A DNA stretch of 64,000 nt from assembly GCA_965242795.1 (NCBI GenBank), contig OZ251505.1:243737-307736 (forward strand), written 5' to 3'. Below the pieces are notes generated by a model. It made no database searches and had not been told where the DNA came from. It saw only the letters and a list, made by a program, of their open reading frames with translations. Below, piece by piece: positions 1 to 9,020 of this stretch (within the stretch, counting starts at the first letter, position 1; each line of letters begins with the position of its first letter). The position numbers and the translations under genes are program-made. The stretch comes from an uncultured Candidatus Binatia bacterium. GTDB taxonomy: Bacteria > Desulfobacterota > Binatia > Bin18.

Positions 1-201
1 GTCGGCGCGAGCCGCCGCGGCGTGCGCGTCGATCGACAGAATGCGGGCGTGTGCGTGCGGGCTGCGCACGAAGGCGACCGCGGCGGCATCGGGCAGGACG
101 AGATCGTCCACGTACTGCGACTTGCCCAGCAAGACGCGCGGGTCCTCGACGCGGCGCACCTCGGCGCCGACCATCTTTCCGGTACCGCCGCGCTGCGCCA
201 T
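1..201 (-). CDS. Molybdopterin-binding large subunit, xanthine/CO dehydrogenase family (CoxL-like), 5' part only; runs off the window
   Basis: Translated by hand from ATG at 201: MAQRGGTGKMVGAEVRRVEDPRVLLGKSQYVDDLVLPDAAAVAFVRSPHAHARILSID, a typical CoxL/XdhA N-terminus (R-x-EDPR, YVDD, RSPHAHARI). It lies directly downstream of the coxS-like gene. Confidence 0.9.
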   Translation of the reverse strand, partial: MAQRGGTGKMVGAEVRRVEDPRVLLGKSQYVDDLVLPDAAAVAFVRSPHAHARILSIDAHAAAARAD

Positions 202-218
202 CCCCGACCTTTCGACGC

Positions 219-734
219 CTACGCGGATGGGCCGTCCGCCGCGCTGGCGCCGGACCGTTCGGCGACCGCGCGCACCGCCCTGACGATGTTGGCGTAGCCC
301 GTGCAGCGGCACAGATTGCCGGACAGCGCAAGGCGGATTTCGTCTTCCGAGGGATGGGGCGTTTTCTGCAACACGTCCACCGCGGTCATGAGAAACCCGG
401 AGGTGCAGAAGCCGCACTGCAAGGCGTGGTGGTCCCAGAACGCCTGTTGCAGGGGGTGCAGTTCGTCGCCGTCGGCCAAGCCCTCCAGCGTCCGGATGTC
501 GGCTCCGTCGGCTTGGACCGCGAACAGCAGGCACGACCGCACGCTTTCGCCGTCCACGATGATCGTGCACGCACCGCACACGCCGTGTTCGCAACCCAGA
601 TGGGTGGCGGTCAGCCCGAGGTCGTGCCGGAGGAAATCGGCCAGCAGCCGCCGCGCTTCGACCGGGCGTTCGTACTCCCGGCCGTTCACGCGAACGCGAA
701 TGGTCTGGCGGGCGGCGAACCCGGAATCCTCCAT
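219..734 (-). CDS. (2Fe-2S)-binding small subunit (CoxS-like)
   Basis: GCEHGVCGACT, RSCL, QCGFCTSG and GNLCRCTGY motifs for two 2Fe-2S clusters. Confidence 0.95.
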   Translation of the reverse strand: MEDSGFAARQTIRVRVNGREYERPVEARRLLADFLRHDLGLTATHLGCEHGVCGACTIIVDGESVRSCLLFAVQADGADIRTLEGLADGDELHPLQQAFWDHHALQCGFCTSGFLMTAVDVLQKTPHPSEDEIRLALSGNLCRCTGYANIVRAVRAVAERSGASAADGPSA

Positions 735-809
735 GCGGTCACCCTCCTTGTCGGTTGCGGGCCGTTTGCCGGTGCGGGAGCAACGAATGCGGAGCGGAAC
801 GGAACCGCG

Positions 810-1691
810 CTACGCCGCTGCCTCACCCGCCTTGTCCCACGCCTCGCGCAACGCCCGGACGCCGAGCACCTTGACCATGCGCCGCCGATACTCCGCGGAA
901 CCGTGTACGTCGCCCGACGGCTCGACCGCATCCGCGGCGCGTTGCGCGGCCCGGTCGATCTCCGCGGCGTCGTCCGCGCGGGTGCCGGTAAGGATCGACT
1001 CGATTTCGGGAACGTGGAGCGGCGTGTCGTGCGCGCCACCGACTGCCAACGCGGCCGCGGTGCAGCGCCCGTCGTCCGCCACGGCCAACTGACACGCGAC
1101 CGCGGCGATCGCAAAGTCGCCCGGCCGGCGGCACAGTTCCTGAAACCCCCATACGGCGCCCGCGGGCGCGACCGGAAACCGCACCTCACACAGAATTTCC
1201 TGCGGCTCGATGGCCGTCATCAGCGGCGCCACGAAGAACTCGCGCGCCGGCACGGTACGGGTTGCCGCCCGGGAGCGCAGCACGAATTGCGCATCCAGTG
1301 CCACGGCCACGAGCGGCCACTCGGCCGCGGGGTCGGCGTGGACGAGGCTGCCGCCAATGGTGCCGCGGTTCCGAATCGCCAAGTGCCCGACTTCGGCCGC
1401 GGCCCGCGTCAGCAACGGTTGCGCCGCCTCGACCTCCGCGGACACCTCGATCTGCCGGTGGCGCGTCATGGCGCCGATGCACAGCATGTCGCCTTCGCGC
1501 CGGATGTACGCCAGTTCGTCCAGGCGGTTCAGATCGACGAGGCCGTCGACCGAGGCCATGCGCAGATTGAGAAGCGGGACGAGGCTCTGTCCGCCGGCGA
1601 GCAGTTTGGTATCTTCGCCGCCGGCCTGCAGCAGCGTCAGGGCCTCGTCGAGCGAGTCGGGGCGGGCATACGTAAACGGGGCGGGTTTCAC
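810..1691 (-). CDS. FAD-binding medium subunit (CoxM-like)
   Basis: GTG start; MKPAPFTYARP, LLAGGQSLVPLLNLR, IRNRGTIGGSLVHADPAAE and RRPGDFA motifs. Confidence 0.95.
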   Translation of the reverse strand: MKPAPFTYARPDSLDEALTLLQAGGEDTKLLAGGQSLVPLLNLRMASVDGLVDLNRLDELAYIRREGDMLCIGAMTRHRQIEVSAEVEAAQPLLTRAAAEVGHLAIRNRGTIGGSLVHADPAAEWPLVAVALDAQFVLRSRAATRTVPAREFFVAPLMTAIEPQEILCEVRFPVAPAGAVWGFQELCRRPGDFAIAAVACQLAVADDGRCTAAALAVGGAHDTPLHVPEIESILTGTRADDAAEIDRAAQRAADAVEPSGDVHGSAEYRRRMVKVLGVRALREAWDKAGEAAA

Positions 1692-1788
1692 TGGGTCCGG
1701 TTATCAGGTTTGCCGTGTACGGGCAAACAATCCGCCGCTTCAGGAGTGCATCGGTTCGAGATTTCCTTGGACGGAATGCCGTTCCTTC

Positions 1789-1814
1789 GTCATTCCGGCG
1801 AAAGCCGGAATCCA
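1789..1814. repeat. Hairpin repeat family A (GTCATTCCGGCGAAAGCCGGAATCCA)
   Basis: Same or near-identical sequence at 6684-6709, 8623-8648, 8854-8879 and 48814-48840, and with insertions at 48939-49019 and 56070-56174; all intergenic. Confidence 0.85.
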
Positions 1815-1867
1815 GGGGACACCCTCCTCCTCGCTGCGAAATACCGGCCAGGGCCGGGCCTCCACCT

Positions 1868-1906
1868 TCCCCCTCTCCCTAGCCCTCTCCCGCTAGGGGA
1901 GAGGGG
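1868..1906. repeat. Hairpin repeat family C (CCCTCTCCC-n4-GGGAGAGGG)
   Basis: ccccctctccctagccctctcccgctaggggagagggg; related copies near 8701-8728 and 8932-8971. Confidence 0.8.
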
Positions 1907-2013
1907 ATCGAAACCCTATGCGGAGACGATTCCTGATCTACTACCATGCCTTCGGGAGTCTCCCGATTCGGGTTTCACGCCGTCCTTTGGTGTGTAGGGG
2001 ACCCTCTGTGGTT

Positions 2014-2031
2014 CCTGAGCCTGTCGAAGGG
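2014..2031. repeat. Repeat family B core (CCCTTCGACAGGCTCAGG, reverse orientation here)
   Basis: Copies at 3435-3453, 26312-26330, 28693-28711 and 49708-49726; variant GTTTCGACAAGCTCAACGAAC near 6580-6600 and 50737-50757. Confidence 0.85.
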
Positions 2032-2047
2032 TGGTCGCTCCGGGGAC

Positions 2048-2073
2048 GGGCAGGCACAGGGGCCTGCCCCTAC
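2048..2073 (-). repeat. GTAG-type REP-like palindrome (GTAGGGGCAGGCCCCTGTGCCTGCCC)
   Basis: GTAG tetranucleotide followed by an imperfect palindrome; related copy GTAGGGGCAACCGGCCGGTCGCCCCTAC at 50910-50937. Confidence 0.7.
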
Positions 2074-2169
2074 GACACTCTACAGTTCGAAATTCATGGA
2101 TTCGTTCGTTGCTGTGGTCTGAGGGGACCCTCTCGGGATCGAGGGCAAGAAACGAGGATGTCCCCCAAT

Positions 2170-2206
2170 CCAAAATCCACAATCAACAATCAACAATCAA
2201 CAATTC
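2170..2206. repeat. Heptamer tandem array (AATCAAC/AATCCAC)n, family E
   Basis: caaaatccacaatcaacaatcaacaatcaacaatt; same family at 3361-3402 (inverted), 18745-18780 (inside gspI) and 26403-26425. Confidence 0.85.
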
Positions 2207-3338
2207 CCCCGCCCCCCTGCGCCCGCCGCGGCGCAAGTTCCTCCTCCGTCACGCCCAATTCGGCGGTCTCCGCGGGCAGCCGCCGATCGACGATCAACCC
2301 CGCGGTGCAGCGGGCCAACGCCGCGGAGGTCTGGATGCCGTAGCCGCCCTGCCCGGCCAGCCAGAAGAATCCGGGCCGCTCCGGGTCCATGCCGGCGACC
2401 GGAGTGCGGTGTTCGACGAAGCTGCGCAGCCCCGCCCATTTGCGTTTGATCGTGCGGATGTCCAAGGTCGTCGCGCGCTGAATCCGTTCGATGGCCACGG
2501 CGACGTCGTAGTCGTCGGGAAACACGTCGCAGGGCGGCATGGGCGTCTCGTCCGCGGGCGAGGCCAGAATGTCGCCCGATTCCGGTTTGAAATAGAAGTC
2601 TTCGCCTATGTCGGCGACCACGGGCCATGTCGCGGACTCGGTATCGCGTGGCGCGGCGAACGTGAACGCGGTGCGGCGTTTGGGCACCAGGCCGACCGGG
2701 CGGGCGCCGGCGAGCGTGCCGATCACGTCGCACCACGCCCCTGCGGCGTTGACGACCACCCCCGCGGCGTAGCGCGTTGCCGGCGTGCGGACTTCCCAGC
2801 CGGTGCCGGATCGCGTGAGGCCGGTCACCTCGGCGTCGGTGACGAGCCTGCCCCCGAGGACACGCACCCCGCGCAAGAAGCCCTGATGAATGGCGTGCAC
2901 GTCGAGGTCCAGAGCATCGGGTTCCAGCACGCCCGCGGCCACGTAGTCACGGCGCAGAACCGGGCAAAGCTTGGCCGCCTCCGCGGCCGTGACCGCGTGA
3001 ATGCCGGGGACCAGACGGCGGGCTTCGTCGAGACTCGCGGCCAATGCGGCGCGTTGGTCTTCGCGCGCGATCCAGAGCATCCGCCGCGGCGCAGTGAGCG
3101 GCTGTTCGGTGAAGCCGTCGGGCGGCTGCTCCAGAAACGGGCGCGTAGCGAGCGTCAGCCGCCGTACGGTCGGATTGCCGTAATTCTCGGTCAGGACTGC
3201 GGCCGAGCGGCCGGTGGAGTGGTGGCCGGCCACGGTTTCGCGCTCCAGCACGACGGTGCGACCGTGCGCCGCGAGTTCGTAGGCCGCGGAGGCGCCCGCG
3301 ATGCCGGCGCCGATGACGAGAAAGTCGCAGGTTTCCAT
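2190..3338 (-). CDS. FAD-dependent oxidoreductase, D-amino acid oxidase/DadA-like family
   Basis: N-terminal VIGAGIAG Rossmann motif, STGRSAA, WAGLRSF, GQGGYGIQTSAA. Confidence 0.9.
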   Translation of the reverse strand: METCDFLVIGAGIAGASAAYELAAHGRTVVLERETVAGHHSTGRSAAVLTENYGNPTVRRLTLATRPFLEQPPDGFTEQPLTAPRRMLWIAREDQRAALAASLDEARRLVPGIHAVTAAEAAKLCPVLRRDYVAAGVLEPDALDLDVHAIHQGFLRGVRVLGGRLVTDAEVTGLTRSGTGWEVRTPATRYAAGVVVNAAGAWCDVIGTLAGARPVGLVPKRRTAFTFAAPRDTESATWPVVADIGEDFYFKPESGDILASPADETPMPPCDVFPDDYDVAVAIERIQRATTLDIRTIKRKWAGLRSFVEHRTPVAGMDPERPGFFWLAGQGGYGIQTSAALARCTAGLIVDRRLPAETAELGVTEEELAPRRAQGGGGIVDC

Positions 3339-3593
3339 GTGGCTCCCGGAAAAATAGAGCGATTGTCAATTGTGAATTGTGGATTGTGGATTTTTGATTG
3401 TAGGGCGCTGAGCTTGCGGTGCCTTGAGCTTGGTCCCTGAGCCTGTCGAAGGGTGTCGAAAGATCGAAACGTGGGTTGTGGATTGAGGGCGTAAGGCGTT
3501 CCCGTGTCCTAGCGCCGCGGCGGGGGACGGCGCAATCCGGGCGCGAATGTGGTATGCCGGCCGCGACTGTCAACCGCAAACAAGGAGGTAGGT

Positions 3594-4673
3594 ATGGAGT
3601 TCAGTCTTACCGTCGCTACGAACATCGGCGACTGGCAGTTGATCAAGGAGGCGGAGGACCTCGGCTACGACCGCGCCTGGGTGCCGGACTCGCAGATGAT
3701 CTGGTCGGACTGCTACGCCACTATGGCGCTGGCCGCCCAGCACACGTCGCGCATCAAGCTCGGCACCGGGGTGTCGATTCCGGGCACGCGCATCGCACCC
3801 GTCACCGCGCATTCGATCGCCTCGATCAACCGGGTCGCCCCCGGCCGGGTCTTTCTGGGCATCGGGACCGGACATACCGCCATGCGCGTCATGGGCATGA
3901 ACCCCATGAAGATCCGCGACTTCCGCGAATATCTGCGCGTGGTGCGTACCCTGCTCGGAGGCGGCGAGGTCGATTATACTTTCAACGGCACGACGCGCAC
4001 GATCCGCTTTCTGCATCGGGACCTCGAATTCATCGACCTGGAACATCCGATTCCGATCATCGTCGCGGCCAACGGCCCCCTGGCCCTCAAGGCCGCCGGC
4101 GAGTTCGGCGACGGCCTCGTCTCGGTGCTCAACGAGCAGGAGGCGGTGCTCAACCTCAACATGGACTACGTGCAGCAGGGCGCGGCGCGGGCCGGGCGCA
4201 CGCTGGACGACTATCACACGGTTTCGCTCACCACCGTCGTCGTGCTGGAGCCCGGCGAGGACCTGACCTCCGAGCGGGTCATCGACGAGACCGGTTCATG
4301 GGTGTCCGCGGTGCTGCACTTCGCGTACGAAATCTACCAGTTCACGGGCAAGGAAGAGATGATTCCGCCCGCGGTGCACGACGTGTGGGAAGAGTATTGC
4401 GCGTACGTCGAGAAGATGGAGACGCCCGCGGAGAAACGCTACCTGCAGATCCACAACGGCCACTGCACCTTTCTGATGCCGGAGGAGCGGCGCTTCATCA
4501 CGCCCAAGGCGATCGAGGGGACGTGCATCGTGGGCACGCCCGACGAGATCATCGACAAGTTGCGCCGGGCCGAGCAGAACGGCCTCAAGGAAGTCACCCT
4601 GCTGCCGCCGATGGCGAGCGCGCGCAAGGTGCTGAAGGATTTTTCGGAAAACGTGATGCAATGGTACGCGTAG
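3594..4673 (+). CDS. LLM-class flavin-dependent oxidoreductase
   Basis: Start after AAGGAGG RBS (MEFSLTVAT); AEDLGYDRAWVPDSQ, GRVFLGIGTG, IIVAANGPLALKAAGEFGDG. Confidence 0.9.
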   Translation: MEFSLTVATNIGDWQLIKEAEDLGYDRAWVPDSQMIWSDCYATMALAAQHTSRIKLGTGVSIPGTRIAPVTAHSIASINRVAPGRVFLGIGTGHTAMRVMGMNPMKIRDFREYLRVVRTLLGGGEVDYTFNGTTRTIRFLHRDLEFIDLEHPIPIIVAANGPLALKAAGEFGDGLVSVLNEQEAVLNLNMDYVQQGAARAGRTLDDYHTVSLTTVVVLEPGEDLTSERVIDETGSWVSAVLHFAYEIYQFTGKEEMIPPAVHDVWEEYCAYVEKMETPAEKRYLQIHNGHCTFLMPEERRFITPKAIEGTCIVGTPDEIIDKLRRAEQNGLKEVTLLPPMASARKVLKDFSENVMQWYA

Positions 4674-4711
4674 GCCGCGCCCGCGGGCCGGCCGCTTGGC
4701 CTGCCCGCGGC

Positions 4712-5572
4712 TCAGTCCAGCAGGTCCACGCGGTCGCCGACCGACACTCGTCCGGGCGTGGCGACCGTGGCGTACACCCCCAGGTTCTGGTCGGCTTCGC
4801 GCACCAGCGTGCGCATGATGTTCGGGTCCTTGGGCAGATTGGCGAAGCCCAGCGTGGTCATCACGCAGCGCATGCAGTTCATCTTGACGTCGATGGTCAG
4901 GCCGCCGAGGCGCATGCGGCGGCCCGGCCAACCCGTCTCTACGAATCCGTCCGCGTCCCCGGTGTCGATCAGGAAATTCGGGCGGAAGCGGCGCGCGTCG
5001 ATCCGCGAGCTCGGGGTGAGCCCTTGCAGCGTGTCCAGCGACGCCTGCGTGGCCGCCAGCAGGGGAAACGCATCGAAATACGTACCGGGCGGCGATTCGT
5101 ACTCGACGATCTCCTCGGGCAGGCCGGTCAGGTCGGGCAGCGGCTCGCCGGGCTCCAGGGCGAAGATGGCGCGCAGTTCGTCTTCCCAGTTGTCGTGGGT
5201 CGGCTTGCCGCGGCGGTAGTGCTCCAGGTTGTCGGGCGGCAGGATGGGCCAGATGGTGACGTCGTGATCCAGGGCGCGACTGAGGCGGGCCGCGGCGTCC
5301 GGGGCGTTGGACAGAAAACTCGTGCCGTCCGGCACGGTGATTTCGGCCGGGCCGGTTCGGTCCGCGGTCGGCGGCTCGGGATAGCGCGCCTGACACTGCA
5401 TCAGCGCCGGAATCTTCTTGGCGCCGCGAATTCCGCCGCGCACCTCGTCACGGACGGCCCAGCCGCGGTCGCCGTACAATCCATTGGTACCTACCTCGGT
5501 CTGCTCCAACAGTTCGCCCATCATGCTCTTGAACGGATAGCGCCAGATCTGTCCGACCGTGCCGACCTGCAT
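4712..5572 (-). CDS. MOSC domain-containing protein
   Basis: IWRYPFKSMMGE, GDRGWAV, RRFRPNFLI, CMRCVMTT, LGVYATVATPGRVSVGD. Confidence 0.9.
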   Translation of the reverse strand: MQVGTVGQIWRYPFKSMMGELLEQTEVGTNGLYGDRGWAVRDEVRGGIRGAKKIPALMQCQARYPEPPTADRTGPAEITVPDGTSFLSNAPDAAARLSRALDHDVTIWPILPPDNLEHYRRGKPTHDNWEDELRAIFALEPGEPLPDLTGLPEEIVEYESPPGTYFDAFPLLAATQASLDTLQGLTPSSRIDARRFRPNFLIDTGDADGFVETGWPGRRMRLGGLTIDVKMNCMRCVMTTLGFANLPKDPNIMRTLVREADQNLGVYATVATPGRVSVGDRVDLLD

Positions 5573-5618
5573 GATGCCTCCCGATTTTTCCGGCTGCTGC
5601 GCGTGATTGGCGGGGAAA

Positions 5619-6467
5619 TTATTTCCCGGTGAACGCGGGCGGGCGCTTTTCCACGAAGTGCGCCACGCCTTCCTTGAAATCTTCGCTGCCGAAGCTGGCG
5701 TCCATGTGATCGATACCCGCGGACAGCGCGCCGGCGAAATCGACGTCCTGGGAGCGGAAGAGTTGGGACTTCATCACCCGCATGGAACGCGGCGACACCA
5801 GACGCGCGAGTTCCAGGGCGTAGGCGCGCGTCTCGGCCAGCAGTTGGTCCGCGGGATAGAGGCGATTGACCAACCCCATCTGCAACGCTTCCTGTGCCGT
5901 GACCTTGCGCGCCGACAGCAACAGGTCGAGCGCGTTGGGCAGCCCGATCACGCGCGGCAGGATCCAATCCACGCCGTGCTCGGCGATCAACCCGCGGCGC
6001 GCGAACGCCGTCGTGAACACGGCCGTGTCCGCGGCGAAGCGCAGATCGGTGTACAGCGACAGGACGAGCCCCAAGCCGGCCGCAGGGCCGTTGATGGCGG
6101 AGATGATCGGCTTGGGCACCGTCGGGAAATAGGCATAGCGGTAGGAAAACGCTTGGGGCAGAGCGAGCCCGCCGGGGATCGGGCCCGCGGCGAACGGGTC
6201 GTCGGTTGCCGCTTTCTCCGACTTTTCCGTCTTCTCCGCCTTGTCCACGATCGTATGCAGCATCGTCATGTCGGCCCCGGCGCAGAAGCCGCGGCCCGCA
6301 CCGGTCAGGACGACGACCCGCACGTCGGCGTCCGCGCTCGCCGCGGTCAGCGCGTGGCGAACTTCGCGCTCCAGAACGTTGGTCCAGGCGTTGAGCTTGT
6401 CCGGTCGGTTGAGCGTGAGCGTAGCGATGCCGTCCTGGACGTCATACAGCAGTTGTTCGTAATTCAT
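5619..6467 (-). CDS. Enoyl-CoA hydratase/isomerase family protein
   Basis: Start reassigned to MNYEQLLYDVQDG; TLNRPDKLNA, LTGAGRGFCAGAD, PKPIISAINGPAAGLG, EDFKEGVAHFVEKR. Confidence 0.93.
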   Translation of the reverse strand: MNYEQLLYDVQDGIATLTLNRPDKLNAWTNVLEREVRHALTAASADADVRVVVLTGAGRGFCAGADMTMLHTIVDKAEKTEKSEKAATDDPFAAGPIPGGLALPQAFSYRYAYFPTVPKPIISAINGPAAGLGLVLSLYTDLRFAADTAVFTTAFARRGLIAEHGVDWILPRVIGLPNALDLLLSARKVTAQEALQMGLVNRLYPADQLLAETRAYALELARLVSPRSMRVMKSQLFRSQDVDFAGALSAGIDHMDASFGSEDFKEGVAHFVEKRPPAFTGK

Positions 6468-6549
6468 GGGCGTTCCTCCGTGCGGTCGGGCGCCTCGGCC
6501 CCGCCCGCGGAAAAGGATTCCAAGCCGATCGCTTCGACACGCTCGAGGC

Positions 6550-6710
6550 TCCATGGATCGAGAACCTTCCCACCCTAAGTTCGTTGAGCTTGTCGAAACG
6601 AACCCCGACGATGTCACCTCAGCTTTCGCACCCTACCCCTTCGCCACGCTCAAGGCACCGCAAGCTCGGGGACCTCCCCCCTCGTCACCCCGGCGAAAGC
6701 CGGGGTCCAT
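6550..6710. repeat. Composite intergenic repeat cluster (family B variants + family A)
   Basis: aagttcgttgagcttgtcgaaacgaaccccgacgatgtcacctc matches the reverse complement of 50717-50760; also gctcaaggcaccgcaagctc and gtcaccccggcgaaagccggggtcca. Confidence 0.75.
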
Positions 6711-6803
6711 CCTAGCGTCGCAACAGGCGAAGACCCTTTTGTATGGAATTCCCCCTCGGTACGGGCGAGAGCGACCGTCGCCCGGCACGGGCGTTCCTCG
6801 CGG

Positions 6804-7871
6804 CTACGCCGCTGCGGGCGCACACGAGGCCGCGGCATCCGCGGCCTCGTACAACAGGTCGCGCGTCTCGTCCCACCCGATGCAGGCGTCGGTGATCGAC
6901 ACGCCGTACGCGAGCGGCGAGCCCTGCTGCAAACTTTGGTTCCCCGGCTCCAGATTGCTCTCCAGCAGCAGCCCCATGACGTCGTGCCGTTGTGCACGCC
7001 GCAGGCGCAGCACGTCACGGCACACCGCGGCTTGGCGGGTGTGGTCCTTGTTGGAATTGCCGTGCGAGCAATCGACCATGACCGGACGCGCGATGCCGGC
7101 GTTCGCCGCCTCCGCGGACACGCGCGCGATGTCCGCGGCGCCGTAGTTGGATCGGCCGCCGCCGCCGCGCAGGATGACGTGGCGGTCGGGGTTGCCCAGC
7201 GTCTTGATGATCGCCGTCACGCCGTCGCCGTTGATCCCCAGAAAGTTGTGCGGATGGCCCGCGGAGATCATGGCGTTGATGGCGCCGGCGACTTCGCCGC
7301 CGGTCGTGTTCTTGAAGCCGACGGGCATGGACAGGCCGCTCGCCATTTCGCGGTGGGTCTGACTCTCGGTCGTGCGTGCGCCGATGGCCGCCCAACTCAA
7401 CAAGTCGGCCACGTACTGCGGGGTGACCGGGTCGAGTAGTTCGCTGGCGCACGGCACGCCGAGCCGGTTGATGTGCAACAATATCTCGCGCGCGAGTTCC
7501 AGGCCGGCGGGGATGTCGCACGAGCCGTCGAGGTGCGGGTCGTTGATGAGCCCCTTCCAGCCGACCGTGGTGCGCGGCTTCTCGAAATACGTCCGCATCA
7601 CGACCACGAGATGCTCGCGCGTCGCGTCGATGATCGGCTTGAGCCGCTCGGCGTACTCGAACGACGCTTCCGGGTCGTGGATGGAACACGGCCCGGTCAC
7701 GACCAGCATCCGGTGTCGGTCGCGGCCGTGCAGAATGTCGCAGATTTCCCGGCGCGCCCGCATGACGACGTCCGCGGCGCTGTCGGTGAGGGGCAGTTTG
7801 GCTTTGACCGCGCGCGGCGGGGTGAGGGGTTGCATTTCGACCACGTGGGAATTTTCGATTCGTTCGGGCAT
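6804..7871 (-). CDS. 3-deoxy-7-phosphoheptulonate (DAHP) synthase, class I-alpha (AroF/G/H family)
   Basis: GPCSIHD, MRTYFEKPRTTVGWKGLINDP, WAAIGARTTESQTHREMASGLSMPVGFKN, DCSHGNS, SITDACIGW; start set at MPERIEN. Confidence 0.95.
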   Translation of the reverse strand: MPERIENSHVVEMQPLTPPRAVKAKLPLTDSAADVVMRARREICDILHGRDRHRMLVVTGPCSIHDPEASFEYAERLKPIIDATREHLVVVMRTYFEKPRTTVGWKGLINDPHLDGSCDIPAGLELAREILLHINRLGVPCASELLDPVTPQYVADLLSWAAIGARTTESQTHREMASGLSMPVGFKNTTGGEVAGAINAMISAGHPHNFLGINGDGVTAIIKTLGNPDRHVILRGGGGRSNYGAADIARVSAEAANAGIARPVMVDCSHGNSNKDHTRQAAVCRDVLRLRRAQRHDVMGLLLESNLEPGNQSLQQGSPLAYGVSITDACIGWDETRDLLYEAADAAASCAPAAA

Positions 7872-7941
7872 GTCGATCCCTGCTACACGATGTGAGGAAA
7901 CGGTGAGCGTACCACGTCGATTTTCGGCGTGCGAGCCCAGG

Positions 7942-8427
7942 TCAGCCCACTCGTATCCGTCCCGCGGATTCCAGGCCGTCGGACGCCTCCAGCCAGGCGT
8001 ACGACCGGACCCATAACAGGCGGGCGCCCGGAAAACTCGCTCCCAGACAGTCGGCAAAGGACGTCTCGGCGCGCAGGGCGCTCGTCCGACACGGCCGTCC
8101 GTTCATCGACGAAGCGATAACGAACATGTCCTCGACCATGTTCGGGTTGACGTGCACGGCCAGCCGCACCCGCTCATCCGGTGCACGGACGGCGCGGAGC
8201 CGGATTTCGAACCGGCCCTTGAAGAAACGCCGCGCAACGTCCGGGTCCGGCCACAGCGTGAAGGCAGTCACCAAATCGGGCTCTTGCAGATACAGTGCCG
8301 CCAGCACGACGCCGTCGTGGGCGAACATCTTCACCTGCCAGGAGACCTCGGCGAGTGCCAAGCCGAACGGTTGCAGACGACATTGAAACTCTCGGTGGGG
8401 GACCCCGGCCTCCAGCACCACGCCCAT
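7942..8427 (-). CDS. Hypothetical protein (~161 aa)
   Basis: Strong GAGGAGGAGG RBS before ATG 8427 and GC-rich third codon positions; no motif recognised. Confidence 0.5.
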   Translation of the reverse strand: MGVVLEAGVPHREFQCRLQPFGLALAEVSWQVKMFAHDGVVLAALYLQEPDLVTAFTLWPDPDVARRFFKGRFEIRLRAVRAPDERVRLAVHVNPNMVEDMFVIASSMNGRPCRTSALRAETSFADCLGASFPGARLLWVRSYAWLEASDGLESAGRIRVG

Positions 8428-8538
8428 GACTTCCTCCTCCTCATACTCCACCACCCCATCGGTCCGGGCCGTCCTGCCGGTCCGCATGATCGCCGCGGGA
8501 AAACGTAACCGCCGCGGCGCGCGCTGTTTTTCCTAGAT

Positions 8539-8975
8539 GACGTGTCACAAAAAGTAAAGCAACGTCGGCGCGAAGGAATCTCTCAGTTCGAAATTCTCCG
8601 GCAAGACTCCCACCGCCTCGTCGTCATTCCGGCGAAAGCCGGAATCCAGGGGAAAACTTTCTCCTTCCGTTGCCCGCCGGTCGGCAGAGACATGCTCACC
8701 TTCCCCCTCTCCCTCCAGGGGAGAGGGGATGAGAAAGAGGCTTCACCGCCGCCACGCGCCACCTTTCCAGAGGACGTGTCACAAAAAGGAAAGCGACGTT
8801 CGTGCGAAGACGCCGCTCAGTTCGAAATTCTCCGGCACGACTCCCACCGCCTCGTCATTCCGGCGCAAGCCGGAATCCAGGGGAAAATTTTTTCCTTCCG
8901 TCGCACACCGGTCGACAGACACGTGCTCACCTTCCCCCTCTCCCCAGCCCTCTCCCACCAGGGGAGAGGGAGCAA
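8539..8975. repeat. Imperfect tandem duplication, unit ~234 bp, each unit carrying family A and C hairpins
   Basis: gacgtgtcacaaaaa starts at 8539 and 8773; both units continue ...cagttcgaaattctccggca.gactcccaccgcctcgtc...ggaatccaggggaaaa...gctcaccttccccctctccc. Confidence 0.9.
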
Positions 8976-9020
8976 GAAGGGGGCTTCAAGGCCGTTCCAT
9001 CAGCGTGGACGCAGTCCGGG

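Noticed and set aside
1-1691. Calling this a true aerobic CO dehydrogenase
   Set aside because: The diagnostic active-site loop (AYxCSFR versus AYxGAGR) of the large subunit is outside the window; many M-S-L clusters act on other substrates.
8539-8975. Possible CRISPR array
   Set aside because: Only two ~234-bp units, no short repeat/unique spacer periodicity, and no cas genes.
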